Assembly: GCA_951406725.2 (NCBI GenBank)
Contig: OX597823.1
Location: 28,272,001-28,336,000 of the forward strand
Direction: 5' to 3'
From: Octopus vulgaris
Lineage: Eukaryota
Length of the DNA stretch: 64,000 bases
Shown here one piece after another: positions 1 to 12,299 of the stretch. The number at the start of each line of letters is the position of its first letter. Positions within the stretch are counted from its first letter, which is position 1. The position numbers and the translations under genes are program-made. Under the pieces are notes generated by a model that saw nothing but the letters and a program-made list of their open reading frames with translations, did not search any database and was not told the DNA's origin.

Positions 1-470
1 TAATTGGCATTATCTTCACCTTCATTTTCCAAACCAGATCTGTTTGGATTGGGAAATCCCAGAGGATTTTGCTAGTCTCTGACTCTGCCACACTCTGAGG
101 TCTGTCCTCATACCACGTCTTGCCTCTCTCTAGCCCCCCCCCCCACCACTTTTCGCATAGTTTCCAATGTAGCACTTTCGCTACCTGGTCGTGTCCCCAC
201 AACTTGTAGTGGTTTGGGGCAAGTTCAGGGCTTTGGTTCGTGATATGGGCAATGGTTTCATCTACTCAATTACAGATGCGGCACAGCGGAGACACTTATC
301 CATTTCTAAGAATGCCCCACGCCTGAGGTTGGTCCCGCGCTGCCAGTATAGTCCTTGTGGTCTCATTTTTTAGGTTTCCTTTCATCAGCTAATCCCACCT
401 ATTTTTTCAGCGACTTCTGTTGTGGCTACATGGAATTGATCCCTTCTTGCGTAATTCTTCTTTATATCTT
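1..470 (-). mobile_element. R4/Dong-clade non-LTR retrotransposon, degenerate C-terminal fragment
   Basis: Manual minus-strand translation with stops/frameshifts: GQFH...KGNLK.ET..TILAARDQ...SPLCRICN*VDETIAHI...YKLWGHDQVAKVLHWKLCEK...KTWYEDRPQSVAESETSKILWDFPIQTD. This is the zinc knuckle, RHD-like motif and ILWD region before the RLE. TAA-rich tract at about 480-505. Confidence 0.85.
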
Positions 471-479
471 TTATATTTA

Positions 480-572
480 TAATTATAATAATGATAATTA
501 TTATTGTTGTTGTTGCTCTTCTTCTTCTTCTTCTTCTTCTTCTTCTTCTTCTTCTTCTTCTTCTTCTTCTTT
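480..572. repeat. Compound trinucleotide microsatellite (TAA/TTG/TTC)
   Basis: Directly visible. Confidence 0.95.
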
Positions 573-1280
573 CTTTTGCTTTTGCATAGCGATAGCAAAA
601 GCCTGTAGTTGAAACCCAGTATGCCTATTTGTAAATCTGTGCGATTTGTTTGTGCGTATTTTGCGTTCTTGTGTATGTATTCGTATCGTATGCTAGGCCA
701 TCTATCTAGTCTTTTGACTTATAGCGTCTAGTTTAAAATGCACAGAGATTCTTTTTTTTATTTCTATAACCACGAGTGTGCAACGTGTATCATGAAGAGA
801 TTGTGAATGAAACGAAGAAGGAGAGAAAAGAAAAAAAGAGAAAAAGACTTAAAGAAAAGTAAAATTACCGTATGAATTGATTTCTTTGAAGATGTAATGT
901 ATTTGATACCTCACTGATACTGACGTGTTTTGAATCGAACTATTTTTCTATCAGGTGATAAAAAAACGGATATATAAAGGTGCTATATGAACTATCAGAA
1001 GCTTTTGAAGATTTCCAAGTGAGAATAATTTGGTAGACTGAGGAGAAGACTGCTAGTTTTGGAAGTGAAGTTAATGTGCACTTTAATACTTTGAACATTA
1101 CCATAATTTGTGTGGCGAAGGGGAGCCAAGCACATAAATAAATTGATTGGTGTATAGTTTAGACATATACACCTATATGCTTTTTTCTCCTTTTTCGAGA
1201 TGAGCGACGGTTTGTCACTGGAAAAAGCATATATAGTATTTTGCGTTTGGAATGTGTTTTCATCACTAGCTGGTGATTGT

Positions 1281-1325
1281 CACACTCTGATGACGGGTTA
1301 CTACTCAGAAACACGGGTCTGTGTG
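1281..1325 (+). ncRNA. Minimal type I hammerhead ribozyme-like motif (Penelope-associated type)
   Basis: cacact-CTGATGA-c-gggt-tact-actc-a-GAAA-C-acgg-GTC-tgtgtg; stem I cacac/gtgtg; first stem II pair mismatched. Confidence 0.6.
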
Positions 1326-1539
1326 TATCACGATTTCCCTTCGCAAATACTGATCGGACACAGTGTGTCGTTAGCCAGCTGGAGGAGATCTCCTGGGGCT
1401 ATAAACAACAGTTGCATCGTCCCATATAAGTCAGGCACATTTAGGTGGCAAATATACTTCATGATGTGCTGCTACAGAGATTTATTATTGCTATAAATAT
1501 AAGGGAACACAGACACACACACACACGCGCGCACACCCC

Positions 1540-1582
<43 letters not shown>

Positions 1583-1585
<3 letters not shown>

Positions 1586-1788
1586 GTGTCTGTGTTTGTC
1601 CCCCTACCGTCGCTTGGCAACCGATGGTGGTGTGTTTACGCGCCCTAACTTAGCGGTTCGGTAAAAGATACGATAGAATAAGTACTAGACTTACAAAGAA
1701 TAAGTCCTGGGGTCGATTTGTTCGACTAAAAGTAGTGTTCTTGCATGGCTGCAGTCAAATGATTGAAACAAGCGAAAGAGTAAAAGAA
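1583..1788 (+). mobile_element. SINE family A, 3' half
   Basis: Matches the 3' half of copies at 10290 and 15064; ends in agtaaaag tail. Confidence 0.9.
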
Positions 1789-1991
1789 TATGTATACATA
1801 CCGACTTGTTACTTACTGCAAATATGCTTGAAACATATTCGAACACGCAAGAAAGACAATCACTGTATTTTGTTATCGTGGAGGATATTTCTCGATGCAG
1901 ACAAATACGTGTAAATACACCGAGTCAACTCTTAGAAGTTATTTACGCTCTGTGCTTTTACCTGCTTTTTATATTATGTGTATGGAACAGA

Positions 1992-2210
1992 AGGCGGCGA
2001 ACTGGCAGAAATGTTAGCACGCCGGGCGAAATGCTTAACGGCGTTTCGCCTCTCTTTAGGTTCTGAGTTCAATTTCCTCCGAGTTCGACATCGCCTTTCA
2101 TCCTTTCGGGGTCGATAAATTAACTACCAGTTACCTACTGGGGTCGATTTAATCGACTGGCTTCCTTCCCCAAAATTTTGGGCCTTGGGCCTGGAGTTGG
2201 AAAGATTATA
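1992..2210 (+). mobile_element. SINE family B (tRNA head + Deu/Nin-like domain)
   Basis: ggcggcgaactggcagaa head, B box gagttcaa, gcctttcatcctttcggggtcgataaa domain; more than 10 copies in the window. Confidence 0.9.
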
Positions 2211-3095
2211 TGTATGTATGTGAGTATGCATACGGCTACAGATGCATGTACTTCTGAAAATAATTAAAACTATGATTTGATCAGGTACAGATGTAAGGAA
2301 GGAAGTGCCCCCTATGTATTCGAATAATCGTGCGCAAAATGCTAATGATGTTAAGTGTTTTATAGGAAGTGTCAAAGAATTTGGTCTTGAATGTTCGTAT
2401 AGAGACTCATCACAAGACCGCATCGACAGATACATTAATGGCAAGCATATTGGGCTCTCTTCGAGAATGGGGATGCACCGAGTGAATTTCCCACCTTACC
2501 GTGGTACTTCGGTCGATGATGGTTGTTATTGTGCAGCTAAGACTCATACTTTGTCCTATCATATGTAATGATTTATTGTGTGGTTTCTCATGTAGCAGTA
2601 TTATTATGTTTGTAGGCGAGAAGCGTACTGCACAGTAATATGTGTGGTAATTTATTTTGTTATTTGTAGTGGCTACTTGTACAACAGAAAACCAAACTGC
2701 GTACTGCTATATATATAACGATACGGCAGTGTGACCATGTTGTACAGTGGCCACATTGTTCAGTCTGTTTAGATGTCTGAAGTTCTTTAGCTCAAAGTCG
2801 GAAAGTCAGCGCAAGACTTGTATTAATCTCGTTATCGAGCAAATGTATAGAAACTCTGATGTAGTTTTATCGTGTCTCTGTTCTAGATTCGTCTCAGGTT
2901 AGTTTTATGTTAGAAGATTTAAACTCAAAGGCTTTCTTGACGTGAAGATCCTTCATATTTTTCGGATTTTGTAAATATAGAACTTTATCACACACTATAC
3001 ATCTTTTCTTTTTAGTAATATAGTGTGGTTCAATGGCGATTTAGTTACTATATGAATACCAATGACCGCTTAGTGGCAACCATGCTAGGTGGTCT

Positions 3096-3478
3096 GTGTG
3101 GAGGTGCATTGGCCCAGTGGCTGGTGCAGCAGACTCGCGGTCATAGGATCGCGGTTTCGATTCCTAGACCGGGCGTTGTGAGTGTTTATTGAGCTAAAAC
3201 ACCAAAACAGCTCCACAAGGCTCCGGCAGGGGTTAGCGGCAAACCCTGATGTATTCTTTCACCACAACTTTCATTCTTTCTTCCTGTTTCTATTGTACCT
3301 GTATTTCAAAGGGCCAGCCTTGTCACATTCTGTGTCACGCTGAATCTCCCCGAGAACTACGTTAAGAATACACGTGTCTGTGGAGTCCTCAGCCACTTGC
3401 ACGTAAATTTCACGAGGAGGCTGTTCTGTTGATCGGATCAACTGGAACCCTCGTCATCGTAACCAACGGAGGGCTACG
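3096..3478 (+). mobile_element. SINE family C, full length with TSD
   Basis: tRNA-like head (tggcccagtgg...ggtttcgattcc); 9-bp TSD aggtggtct at 3087-3095 and 3479-3487; inverted copy at 14160. Confidence 0.9.
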
Positions 3479-4076
3479 AGGTGGTCTACGCATGTAATGC
3501 TGATCGGTTTTTAGATGGAAGGCATAACATCTGGACATAGTTTCAAATGTAGATGTCATTCAGTATGAAAGTTCTTAAATGTAGTTATTATAGTTAGCTT
3601 TATTTCATTGTTGTTGATAGTGTTTCTGTGGAACAAGAACATGGAAATATCAGATTTACCTAGTTATAGATAGCAATTCGTTTATAGAGAAATAGGCCAA
3701 AGTCATGGGGATCAGGTAGTGATGTACTGTATCTGCAGATGACATCTAACAAACGTTGAAAAACAAGATCCGACAGCATTTTCCGAGTTGTGGCGTTTTG
3801 GAACTACAGCCATCATTAAAAGGAAAAACAGGATGAACAATCGAGAAGTGCGACTGGAAGAAAGGAAATAAGAAAGTTCGGAAAGATTTTGAACTGTGTC
3901 AGCAGAAAATAGAAGAAACATGTGATCTCTTGATGTGAATAAGAACAAAAGAAAGTGGTGATAACTCTTCACAAACACACTCACACAAACGTACACACGT
4001 GCGCACACACATATCTGTATATCTGTATATACAGAAATAGAGAAATAAAGAGGCAGAAAGTAAGAGAAAGAAAGAG

Positions 4077-4078
<2 letters not shown>

Positions 4079-4130
<52 letters not shown>
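4079..4130. repeat. (GA)n microsatellite
   Basis: Directly visible. Confidence 0.95.
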
Positions 4131-4134
<4 letters not shown>

Positions 4135-4811
4135 GTACAGTGACCTACACATCTATGTATGTACTTACAGACATAAGCGACAATAAAGTAGGTGAAAAAT
4201 TCAACGGATTATACCGACATTACTTTGATGCTTGCTTCACACTTCAGGGCTCCTATTAACCCACGTTTCAATACTGAATAGATGAATCTACAAATCACCC
4301 TTCTTTCAAAGAAACGTGACCATGCGCCACCTTTAAACTTTAATATTTCTGCAGGCATTACCGGACATGTTTCTTTCTCTTAATTCTCTCCTCTCCCTAC
4401 CACAAACCACTCCCTCATTCTTCTTCAGATAGATTCTTCATTTTCAAATATGCAGGCGAGCGTGGTTTGTTGGTATGCTCGTGCTTGCGAACGCACGTGG
4501 ATTGTGAAATTTTCTTACAATGATACCTCCATATCACTCCCCCACTTTACAACATTCCCTCATTACGGTTCTTTTCTCCCTTCTACTCTGTGTTTAACGA
4601 TCCTTAATTTCATTTGCGACCCGTATCGTGGATACAGACTTCTGTGAACGTTTGTTTATAGATCTATACATATACATGCATACATATATGCACACATACA
4701 TAGAAAGATACATACATACATTACATACATGTATCTGTTTAGTGTTAACTCGGAAAAATGATACTCAGTACAACAGAAATATATAACGCACACACACACA
4801 CACACACACAC

Positions 4812-4854
<43 letters not shown>

Positions 4855-7151
4855 CACATACACACGAGTGTGAGTACGTGTGTGTGAGTGTGTTAGTGTA
4901 TATCCTCGGTCGATGTGTATCGAGGAAGAATATAATTATATGTAAACCAAAAATGTCCGTGTCTTCTAGTGAAGATCCCGGCACTATTTCTTCTGCACTG
5001 TGTTAAAACTCGATTGTCATTCTTGTCAGCATTCAGTAGACAATGGCCGCCATAACCGGAGATGCTAGTGTCCACAAAAGCCTTATAAAAATAACATAAA
5101 TGAAACTCAAGCAAGTACTATTGAATGCAAGGAGGAAGAAAATGGATGTTTACAGATAATGTCTTTCAAAATGGGAACAGATATAATCAGAAATTAAAAC
5201 GATCGTTTTTGTATGAACTGAAATTACTTTCTGACTTCCCAGCTGTCGTTAATGTCTACTAAGTTGGGAGATTAACCCAGAAAATATCTGCTTTTGATTT
5301 CAGTAACATTGTTTTCTAAATATACTCTATTAACCTGTAGAAAATCCTTTAATACACAACCAGTTCTGGTAATAAAACTCTTCAGCCAACTGTACAGGTA
5401 CTTAATCCTCAAGGTCCGTCAATAGAGTTTTAGTTTTAATCTTTAGTTAATTTTTTTCTCTTTGTTACATTTGTCTCCTCGCCAAGCTTTTGTGCCATCT
5501 TTTGTGTCTCGCTTTTGTCCCGTTTATATCATTTAAAACACGCATTGATATCCAATATTTCTCTTTATATAATATTTCAAGATATCTATCTTTTCCACTC
5601 TTTACACCCTCCTTACTCACAGCGTTTGTTTTCTCTTACTCTCTCTCTCTGTCTCCATTTGTCTCTCTTTCCCTCTCAGTCGGATCATATTGTTTAACAA
5701 AAACAGACAAAAAAATAAAATATGTGACGCGCCAAGAAACAAGAGTGATTATATCTATATCGAAATTTCATGTCAATTTGGTTATTTGCCATTTTGGCAT
5801 CGATTTTCTCAACGCTTGCCAAATTATAAGTACGGACGCGTGACACGTAGCATATGTCAAGATTTTAAAATTGAGATATACATCTCAAAACTCAAATTAA
5901 AAACAAGATTACAGACACAAATTAAAAGCTTTTAGGAAAATTTATTTAAAAAGAAATTGATACATGACTATGCAAGGAAGTGCGTTGTGGGTGAGTTGGA
6001 AGTGTATTGTTAGCACTAGAATAACACTAGAGATGATAACCGTAGCCATCCGCCATTTTTAATGCTGTATACAACTACATTGCCCAATGTTCTTCTCCTT
6101 TATTCACGACAGTGAGGTGATATGATATTTCAAGTAGAAGGAGAGATTATTTAAAGGCTGCCTCACTGATTGAAGAAGTGATATCTAACCTTAGACTAGC
6201 CATGATCAATATGACATATGATTAAAGGTTTTCCAACCATGACTATCCAGTATTTTCAGTGGTATCATAGATATTATATTACCTACTGTATTTTTGCTTG
6301 CTACTGATACTCTTCATCCCAAATTCATTTCTCATCAAGCTGACGTTTGATCAATTGTGTTCCAGACGTGACCATCTCTTCTCTATTTCAAACATGACAA
6401 TCCAGTGCGACTATCCTTTTTTAAAGCTGCTCTTTTAAGATGCTTTATTTACGGTTAGTATATTTCTGCATGATATTTGATGGAATTTCAAGAAGGTTTC
6501 TTTCATTCACACAACTTCAGTTATGTTGTTGACAAATGGCATGTTTCTATGTATTCATCTTTTCTTCTGTTCATATAAAATGTGGAACGGGTAGCATGTG
6601 GTCTTTAAGTTCGTTTCACTCTAGTAAATGCTCCATCTCTTGACATTGGAATCTTTTATCCGTCCGTTTAAGGCTTAATAAATAATATACTAACATGTAG
6701 GAGGGTGGCTTGGCCAAGTTGTCCGAATAATGGGCAGACTATGCCTTTAGTTATGCTTCTTTATTTTCAAGTTCTACTGAGATCAACTTTGCCTTTTATG
6801 CGCGAACATTCACCTAGATTCATCTAGATTCAAATGTCGCTACATCAATGCCAGTATATACTCGTCTGAAGCGCCTATATTTGGATGTTCAGTTATTTTA
6901 TTTCCTAACATCATTCACCCTTATATGAACAGTAACACTAATGTATAAATATTTTCGTCACTTATGTAAACTAAATTTTCATATTGGTGCTGCTTTTCCT
7001 TTCGATAAAATAAACCAGTTCACTTTTGAGCATTATTTAAATTGGCATTTATTATAGAACATTGCCGAAACGCTCACCTCCGAACGGTACATAATTACAT
7101 TAGGTATTTGAGGCAGTGAATTTGTGCGCTTACATTTATGTAATCTCAGAG

Positions 7152-7357
7152 GAGGTGAGCTGGCAAAACCATTAACATGCTGCACAAAATGCTTGGCATA
7201 ATTTCATTGATGAGTTCTAATTTTGCCGAGATCGACTTTGCCCCTCATCCTTTTCCGGGTTGATGGAACAAGTACGAGCTGAGCTCTGGAGTTGATGTAA
7301 TCGACCAACCCCATTCTCCAAAGTTTCGGGCCTTGTACTTGTAGCATAAGGGATTTT
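7152..7357 (+). mobile_element. SINE family B, degraded
   Basis: Similar to the copy at 1992. Confidence 0.75.
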
Positions 7358-7620
7358 TACAATCTCCAAAGAGGTACCTGTGAAAGCGCATAGAGTATTA
7401 GTTAAGGTGTTCAGGTCGTGATCGCTAGTTAGTGGGTTCACTTCCTGAATGAGATGACATCTATGACCCGTTTACAAGGGACTTCATTTCAGGTCGCACC
7501 AGTCTACTCAGTAAACGAAGCCTACCAGAAAGATCTCTTGAACTTACAGCTATTGTCTTATAAAAGTGTGACAATGTGTGGGAGGAACTGTTACATTGAT
7601 CAATGTAGGTCTCGGTATTT

Positions 7621-7849
7621 GCTGGCAGAATCGTTAGCACGCCGGACGAAATGCTTAGCAGTATTTCGTCTGCCGCTACGTTCTGAGTTCAAATTTCGCC
7701 GAGGTTGACTTTGCCTTTCATCCTTTCGGGGTCGATTAAATAAGTACCAGTTACGCACTGGGGTCGATGTAATCGAATTAATACGTAAGTATGTCCTTGT
7801 TTGTCCCCTCTATGTTTAGCCCCTTGTGGGTAATAAAGAAATAGAAATA
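7621..7849 (+). mobile_element. SINE family B
   Basis: Well-preserved body; ggtatttgctgg repeated at 7614-7625 and 7850-7861 (TSD-like). Confidence 0.9.
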
Positions 7850-9084
7850 GGTATTTGCTGGTTGAAATAGAAAGAAACGATAGTCATGAGCGGAAAATTC
7901 CTTTGACCATAAGCTAACAGGCCTCTCTAAAACGGCCGAGGTGGTGATGAACATAAACCAGTGTAATGTTCACGTGTCTTTGTTTCATAACAGTAGGAGA
8001 ACAAAGAACGGCGGTTTGGAGAGGAGAAAGAGAGCAAGATATACAGAAATAAATAAAGAAGGAACTAGAAATGAGAAAGCAAATAAAAACAATTCCGAAA
8101 TATTCCTTTTGCTCTACTCAAGGAAAAACACGTACGCACCGTTTTAAAGTCTAGGAACCCAACGAAGCTAGTCATTAACTTTTAACATTTACACTGTAAG
8201 AAATATTATGAAGTATGTCCATTACGGGGGGAGAGAGAGAGGGGAGAAGAGAGAGGGAATCATAAAATATAATGAAATAAAAAGTATTGTGAAATGGAAA
8301 ACCAATAATAATGAGCAGAGATATGTTTGTGTGGGTAAAAAGTTTGCACTTTGCTTGAACGTAGATCCGACAAAAAACACTCAACAATGCCGCACCACAG
8401 TGGTTAAAACTACTTAAAAAGAAATATTATATTTTTGCTTTAATGACGAGTGTATCATTAAAGTTAAGTAAGGTGAAATATGCAAATATATTATATCTAA
8501 CTTACGAGACTAGAACCCATATCTTCTATAAAAAACTAGCTATCACTAATGGATTCCACTATCTACGTTAGGGCAACATTTCGTGGTAAATCTAACTTTT
8601 GGTATAATTTTGTTGCTAGTCCTAACTTTGTGCGGTAAGTTTAGCTCCAGGCTGTAATTCTAGCTTATTGTGGTAATCTAAAATTTTTATGGTAAACCTA
8701 AATTTAATTTCGGTCATAATTCTGATATAATGTGGTGGCCCTCATTTTGTGTGGTAAACCTAACATTAAATTCCCTTTTGGTAATGTTAATTGACCTTGA
8801 ACACTGCTGTGCCTGCGTGCTAAGTTTTAACGTTGTAGCTCACTTCCGCTTGGAAGGAATGTGTATAACGTTTCATGGTCACATTGAACATGACAGAGAA
8901 AGTTATCATGGCGATACCTGGTCAAAGGCCCACGCAAATTTGCAGAAAGTGTATAGAGAGCAGTGTATGAGCCACACACAAGTGTACAAGTGGTTCAGAC
9001 GTTTTCAAGATGGCCGAAAAATGTAGATATTGACGGACGTTCTGGGAGACCGGCAACCAGCAGAACTGAGAAAAATATCGCATA

Positions 9085-9265
9085 CTAGCAGTATCGCCCG
9101 GCGTTGCTCGGGTTGTAAGGGAAATAACTATATAAGCATTTTTAGAGAGTTATAGCCAAAAAGTTCTTAAAATTGCTAGGTAAATTGTAATTGAAGAAAT
9201 CCTATATTGTAGATTTGTATAACTCCAAAGGGAGGCAGATAAAATCTGCCTTTTATAATAAGAGA
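9085..9265 (-). mobile_element. Non-autonomous mini-Helitron (181 bp)
   Basis: Minus strand starts TC, ends CTAG, subterminal hairpin cccgagcaacgccggg; inserted between A and T with no TSD; removing it restores the mariner frame EKNIAYMRAAVR. Confidence 0.8.
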
Positions 9266-9500
9266 TATGCGTGCAGCTGTGAGGGGAAATAATCGAATCA
9301 CCATCCGAGAGCTATAAGGGGATGTGCCGATTAGTTGCGGTTCACTTCAGTCCATTATCACTGAAAATTTGTGTATGAGACACGTGTTTGTCAAGTTTGT
9401 GCCCAAACTGCTTCCAGCTGACCAAAAATGCATTCGTATATCAGTTGCAAAAGATCGCCTTGATAGTGTCGAGAGCGATGAAAAAAGTTTGAAAAGTTTC

Positions 9501-9948
9501 ATAGGCTGTTTGAAAGTAGTGGCTGTTTGGTAAGTAGATTGCTAACCAACCACATGGTTCCGGGTTCAGTCCCACTGCGTGGCATCTTGGGCACGTGTCT
9601 TCTGCTATAGCCCCGGGCCGACCAATGCCTTGTGAGTGGATTTGGTAGACGGAAAACTGAAAGAAGCCTGTCGTATATATGTATATATATATAAGTGTGT
9701 GTGAATATGTTTGTGTGTCTGTGTTTGTTCCCCTAGCATTGCTTGACAACCGATGCTGCTGTGTTTACGTCCCCGTAACTTAGCGGTTCGGCAAAAGAGA
9801 CCGATAGAATAAGTACTGGGCTTACAAAGAATAAGTCCCGGGGTCGATTTGCTCGACTAAAGGTGGTGCTCCAGCATGGCCGCAGTCAAATGACTGAAAC
9901 AAGTAAAAAGAGTAAAAAGAGTAAAAAGAGTAAAAAAGAGTAAAAGAG
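9501..9948 (+). mobile_element. SINE family A (tRNA head + CORE-like domain; resembles octopus OR/OK-type SINEs)
   Basis: B box gggttcagtccc, gtggcatcttgggca-gtgtctt CORE-like segment, internal TA/TG tract, (agtaaaaag)n tail. Confidence 0.9.
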
Positions 9949-10289
9949 GCCTCTGAGCAGGTATCGCCAAGATTTTAGCAAAATTTTGATTCATGTTCTA
10001 GTTGTATATGTGTCATGGTCAAGCAACGATCACACGCTACACACCTTCCTTCCAAGCACTGCTGTATACAGCGGAGGTGAACTAGTACGTTCAAACATAA
10101 TGCACATGCAAAGCAGAGTTTAAGGTCAATCTGTGCTAAACGGCTTCACTTTGCGTGTTTTAGCTTCGTTCCTAAGGCAACAGTCCGGATACTTATTGAT
10201 CACACCTTAGATATATGATATAAATGATATATAAATATATGCATATATACATACATATATGTACATATCTACATAGAAAATACATTATA

Positions 10290-10699
10290 GGCGCAGGAGT
10301 GGCTGTGTGGTAAGTAGCTTGCTAACCAACCACATGGTTCCGGGTTCAGTCCCACTGCGTGGCATCTTGGGCAAGTGTCTTCTGCTATAGCCCCGGGCCG
10401 ACCAATGCCTTATGAGTGGATTTGGTAGAGGGAAACTGAAAGAAGCCTGTCGTATATATGTATATATATATATATGTGTGTGTGTATGTGTCTGTGTTTG
10501 TCCCTCTAGCATTGCTTGACAACCGATGATGGTGTGTTTACGTTCCCGTAACTTAGCGGTTCTGCAAAAGAGACCGATAGAATAAGTACTGGGCTTACAA
10601 AGAATAAGTCCCAGGGTCGATTTGCTCGACTAAAGGCGGTGCTCCAGCATGGCCGCAGTCAAATGACTGAAACAAGTAAAAGAGTAAAAGAGAGTAAAA
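10290..10699 (+). mobile_element. SINE family A, full length
   Basis: ggcgcaggagtggctgtgtggtaag head; near-identical to copies at 15064 and 38578. Confidence 0.95.
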
Positions 10700-10730
10700 T
10701 GTATATATATATACGTATATTTACATGAAT

Positions 10731-11005
10731 ATATGGGTACAGGACATGAAACAAACGTAGAACACAATGAGAAACGAAAACATAAAAACAAAAACATAGA
10801 AAACGAACTTTTCTTCGAACAACGAAAAAAAAAAGAAGCAAACAGAGAAACGAGACAATCAACATAAAGCGCATTCCCCTTCATCAGTTGTCCCTATTTC
10901 ATCTACTCCGCGTTTCTCTTATTTTTCTTCGTTCGGAAAAAGTTCGTTTTTTATGTTTTTGTTACTAATTGTGTTCAACGTTTTTTTGATGTCCTGTACC
11001 CATAT
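10731..11005 (-). mobile_element. Fold-back element with atgggtacaggac termini and a permuted hammerhead-like core
   Basis: Inverted ends atatgggtacaggacat/atgtcctgtacccatat; minus-strand centre GAAAC-gcgga-GTA-gatgaaatagggacaa-CTGATGA-agggg; relatives at 15975 and 33287. Confidence 0.7.
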
Positions 11006-11018
11006 ATGCATGTATATA

Positions 11019-11087
<69 letters not shown>

Positions 11088-11334
11088 ATATGTAGGTATG
11101 TACATATATGATCGAAGGCCACGCATCTTTTCCAAGTATATATATATATATATATATATAATTGCAGCGACTAGGATGCATAGTTGCATACAGAGCAATG
11201 TCTAGTTGCCAGAGTAGAAACATATATTGGTCATTGCTATATAAGCTGAAGAAAAAAAATTTAACACAAAAGGTTTTGGATGTGAATAAACCGCTACAGT
11301 TCTTATCGTTTTCCATTATATATATATTTATATA

Positions 11335-11380
11335 GTGTGTGTGTGTTTATGTGTGTGTGTGTGTATGTATGTGTGCGTGT

Positions 11381-11462
<82 letters not shown>
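11335..11462. repeat. (GT)n microsatellite
   Basis: Directly visible. Confidence 0.95.
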
Positions 11463-11466
<4 letters not shown>

Positions 11467-12039
11467 GAATTCCGAATTCCTATTGAAATTAGTACATGCA
11501 CAGTTCATGTTACTCAAATCAGCTTTTTGATTTGATTTCCACTTTATTTGGTTGTCGTCACTTCGTTTCTCCTTATAATGCTGACAACACTGACACGTCA
11601 TCCATTTCATCCAGATCGCTTTACAGGTATGCAGCTGAAATGTTATGAATGATTCACCTGCTAAGGTTTTCAGCGTAAAATGATATTAGACACAACGTAA
11701 GAGAAATTGCTCCTCAGTAGTTTGCTTCGGGAAATGTATGTTGAGCAGTAAAATTAAATAGGAGTAAGCTAATTGTTGGTTATCCTCGGATTGGTGACAC
11801 GTCAACAAATTACGAAGTAAATTGTGCAGTCGTAGAAATAGACTCTTGAGAATCCAGTAGATCGTTTCCTCTCTCTCTCTCGTTGATATCTCAATATAAT
11901 CGCCCATCAGGAATGTATTTTCTATGTTAATTCAGTTGATGTTTAAACTAAATGGCATGATGAAACTCAAACTACACGTACAACGAGAATTCAAAATAAT
12001 CGCATAATCAAAATGATGTGTGCTGATGTCCGAATTGAT

Positions 12040-12205
12040 GGAGTAGACCCGTGATCAAAATAATTCTAACCCTGGCCATCCCATTTTGTTTTTATTTCGG
12101 ATATTCTGTATCTTGGACTACGACGTGTTGTTCTCTTTTGTAATTGGGCAGGGTGTGTTTTGAGAGTGATTAGATTCAGTTGCTGTTTCTAGCACGTCGA
12201 AGGAA
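12040..12205 (+). mobile_element. Old degraded dispersed repeat (unclassified)
   Basis: Motifs ccgtgatcaaa...ccatccc and gctgtttctagc recur near 6200, 24960, 30160, 35890, 42600 and 43060. Confidence 0.5.
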
Positions 12206-12299
12206 CACAACGAACTCCCTTTGTGGGTTCTAGTATATATAAATTGATGCATGAGAGATGTGATATTTCGCGAGTCAAATGTAAATACCAGCTTGGTGT

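Larger units (their letters stand above)
8788..10208 (+). mobile_element. Mariner-derived non-autonomous fold-back element, interrupted by a Helitron and a SINE
   Basis: Transposase N-terminus LQKVYREQCMSHTQVYKWFRRFQDGR...RSGRP...RITIREL...IITENLCMRHVFVKFVPKLL (HTH domains and WVP-like motif); 9950-10208 is an inverted copy of the element's 5' end ending ...ccggatacttattgatcacac. Confidence 0.85.

Noticed and set aside
2124-2568. Overlapping 87- and 106-aa ORFs
   Set aside because: No recognisable motif or convincing splice context; one overlaps a SINE
4893-5400. Exon-like segments (LLWTLASPVMAAIVY*, LAEEFYYQNWLCIKGFST)
   Set aside because: Reading frame ambiguous, weak splice sites, no recognisable homology
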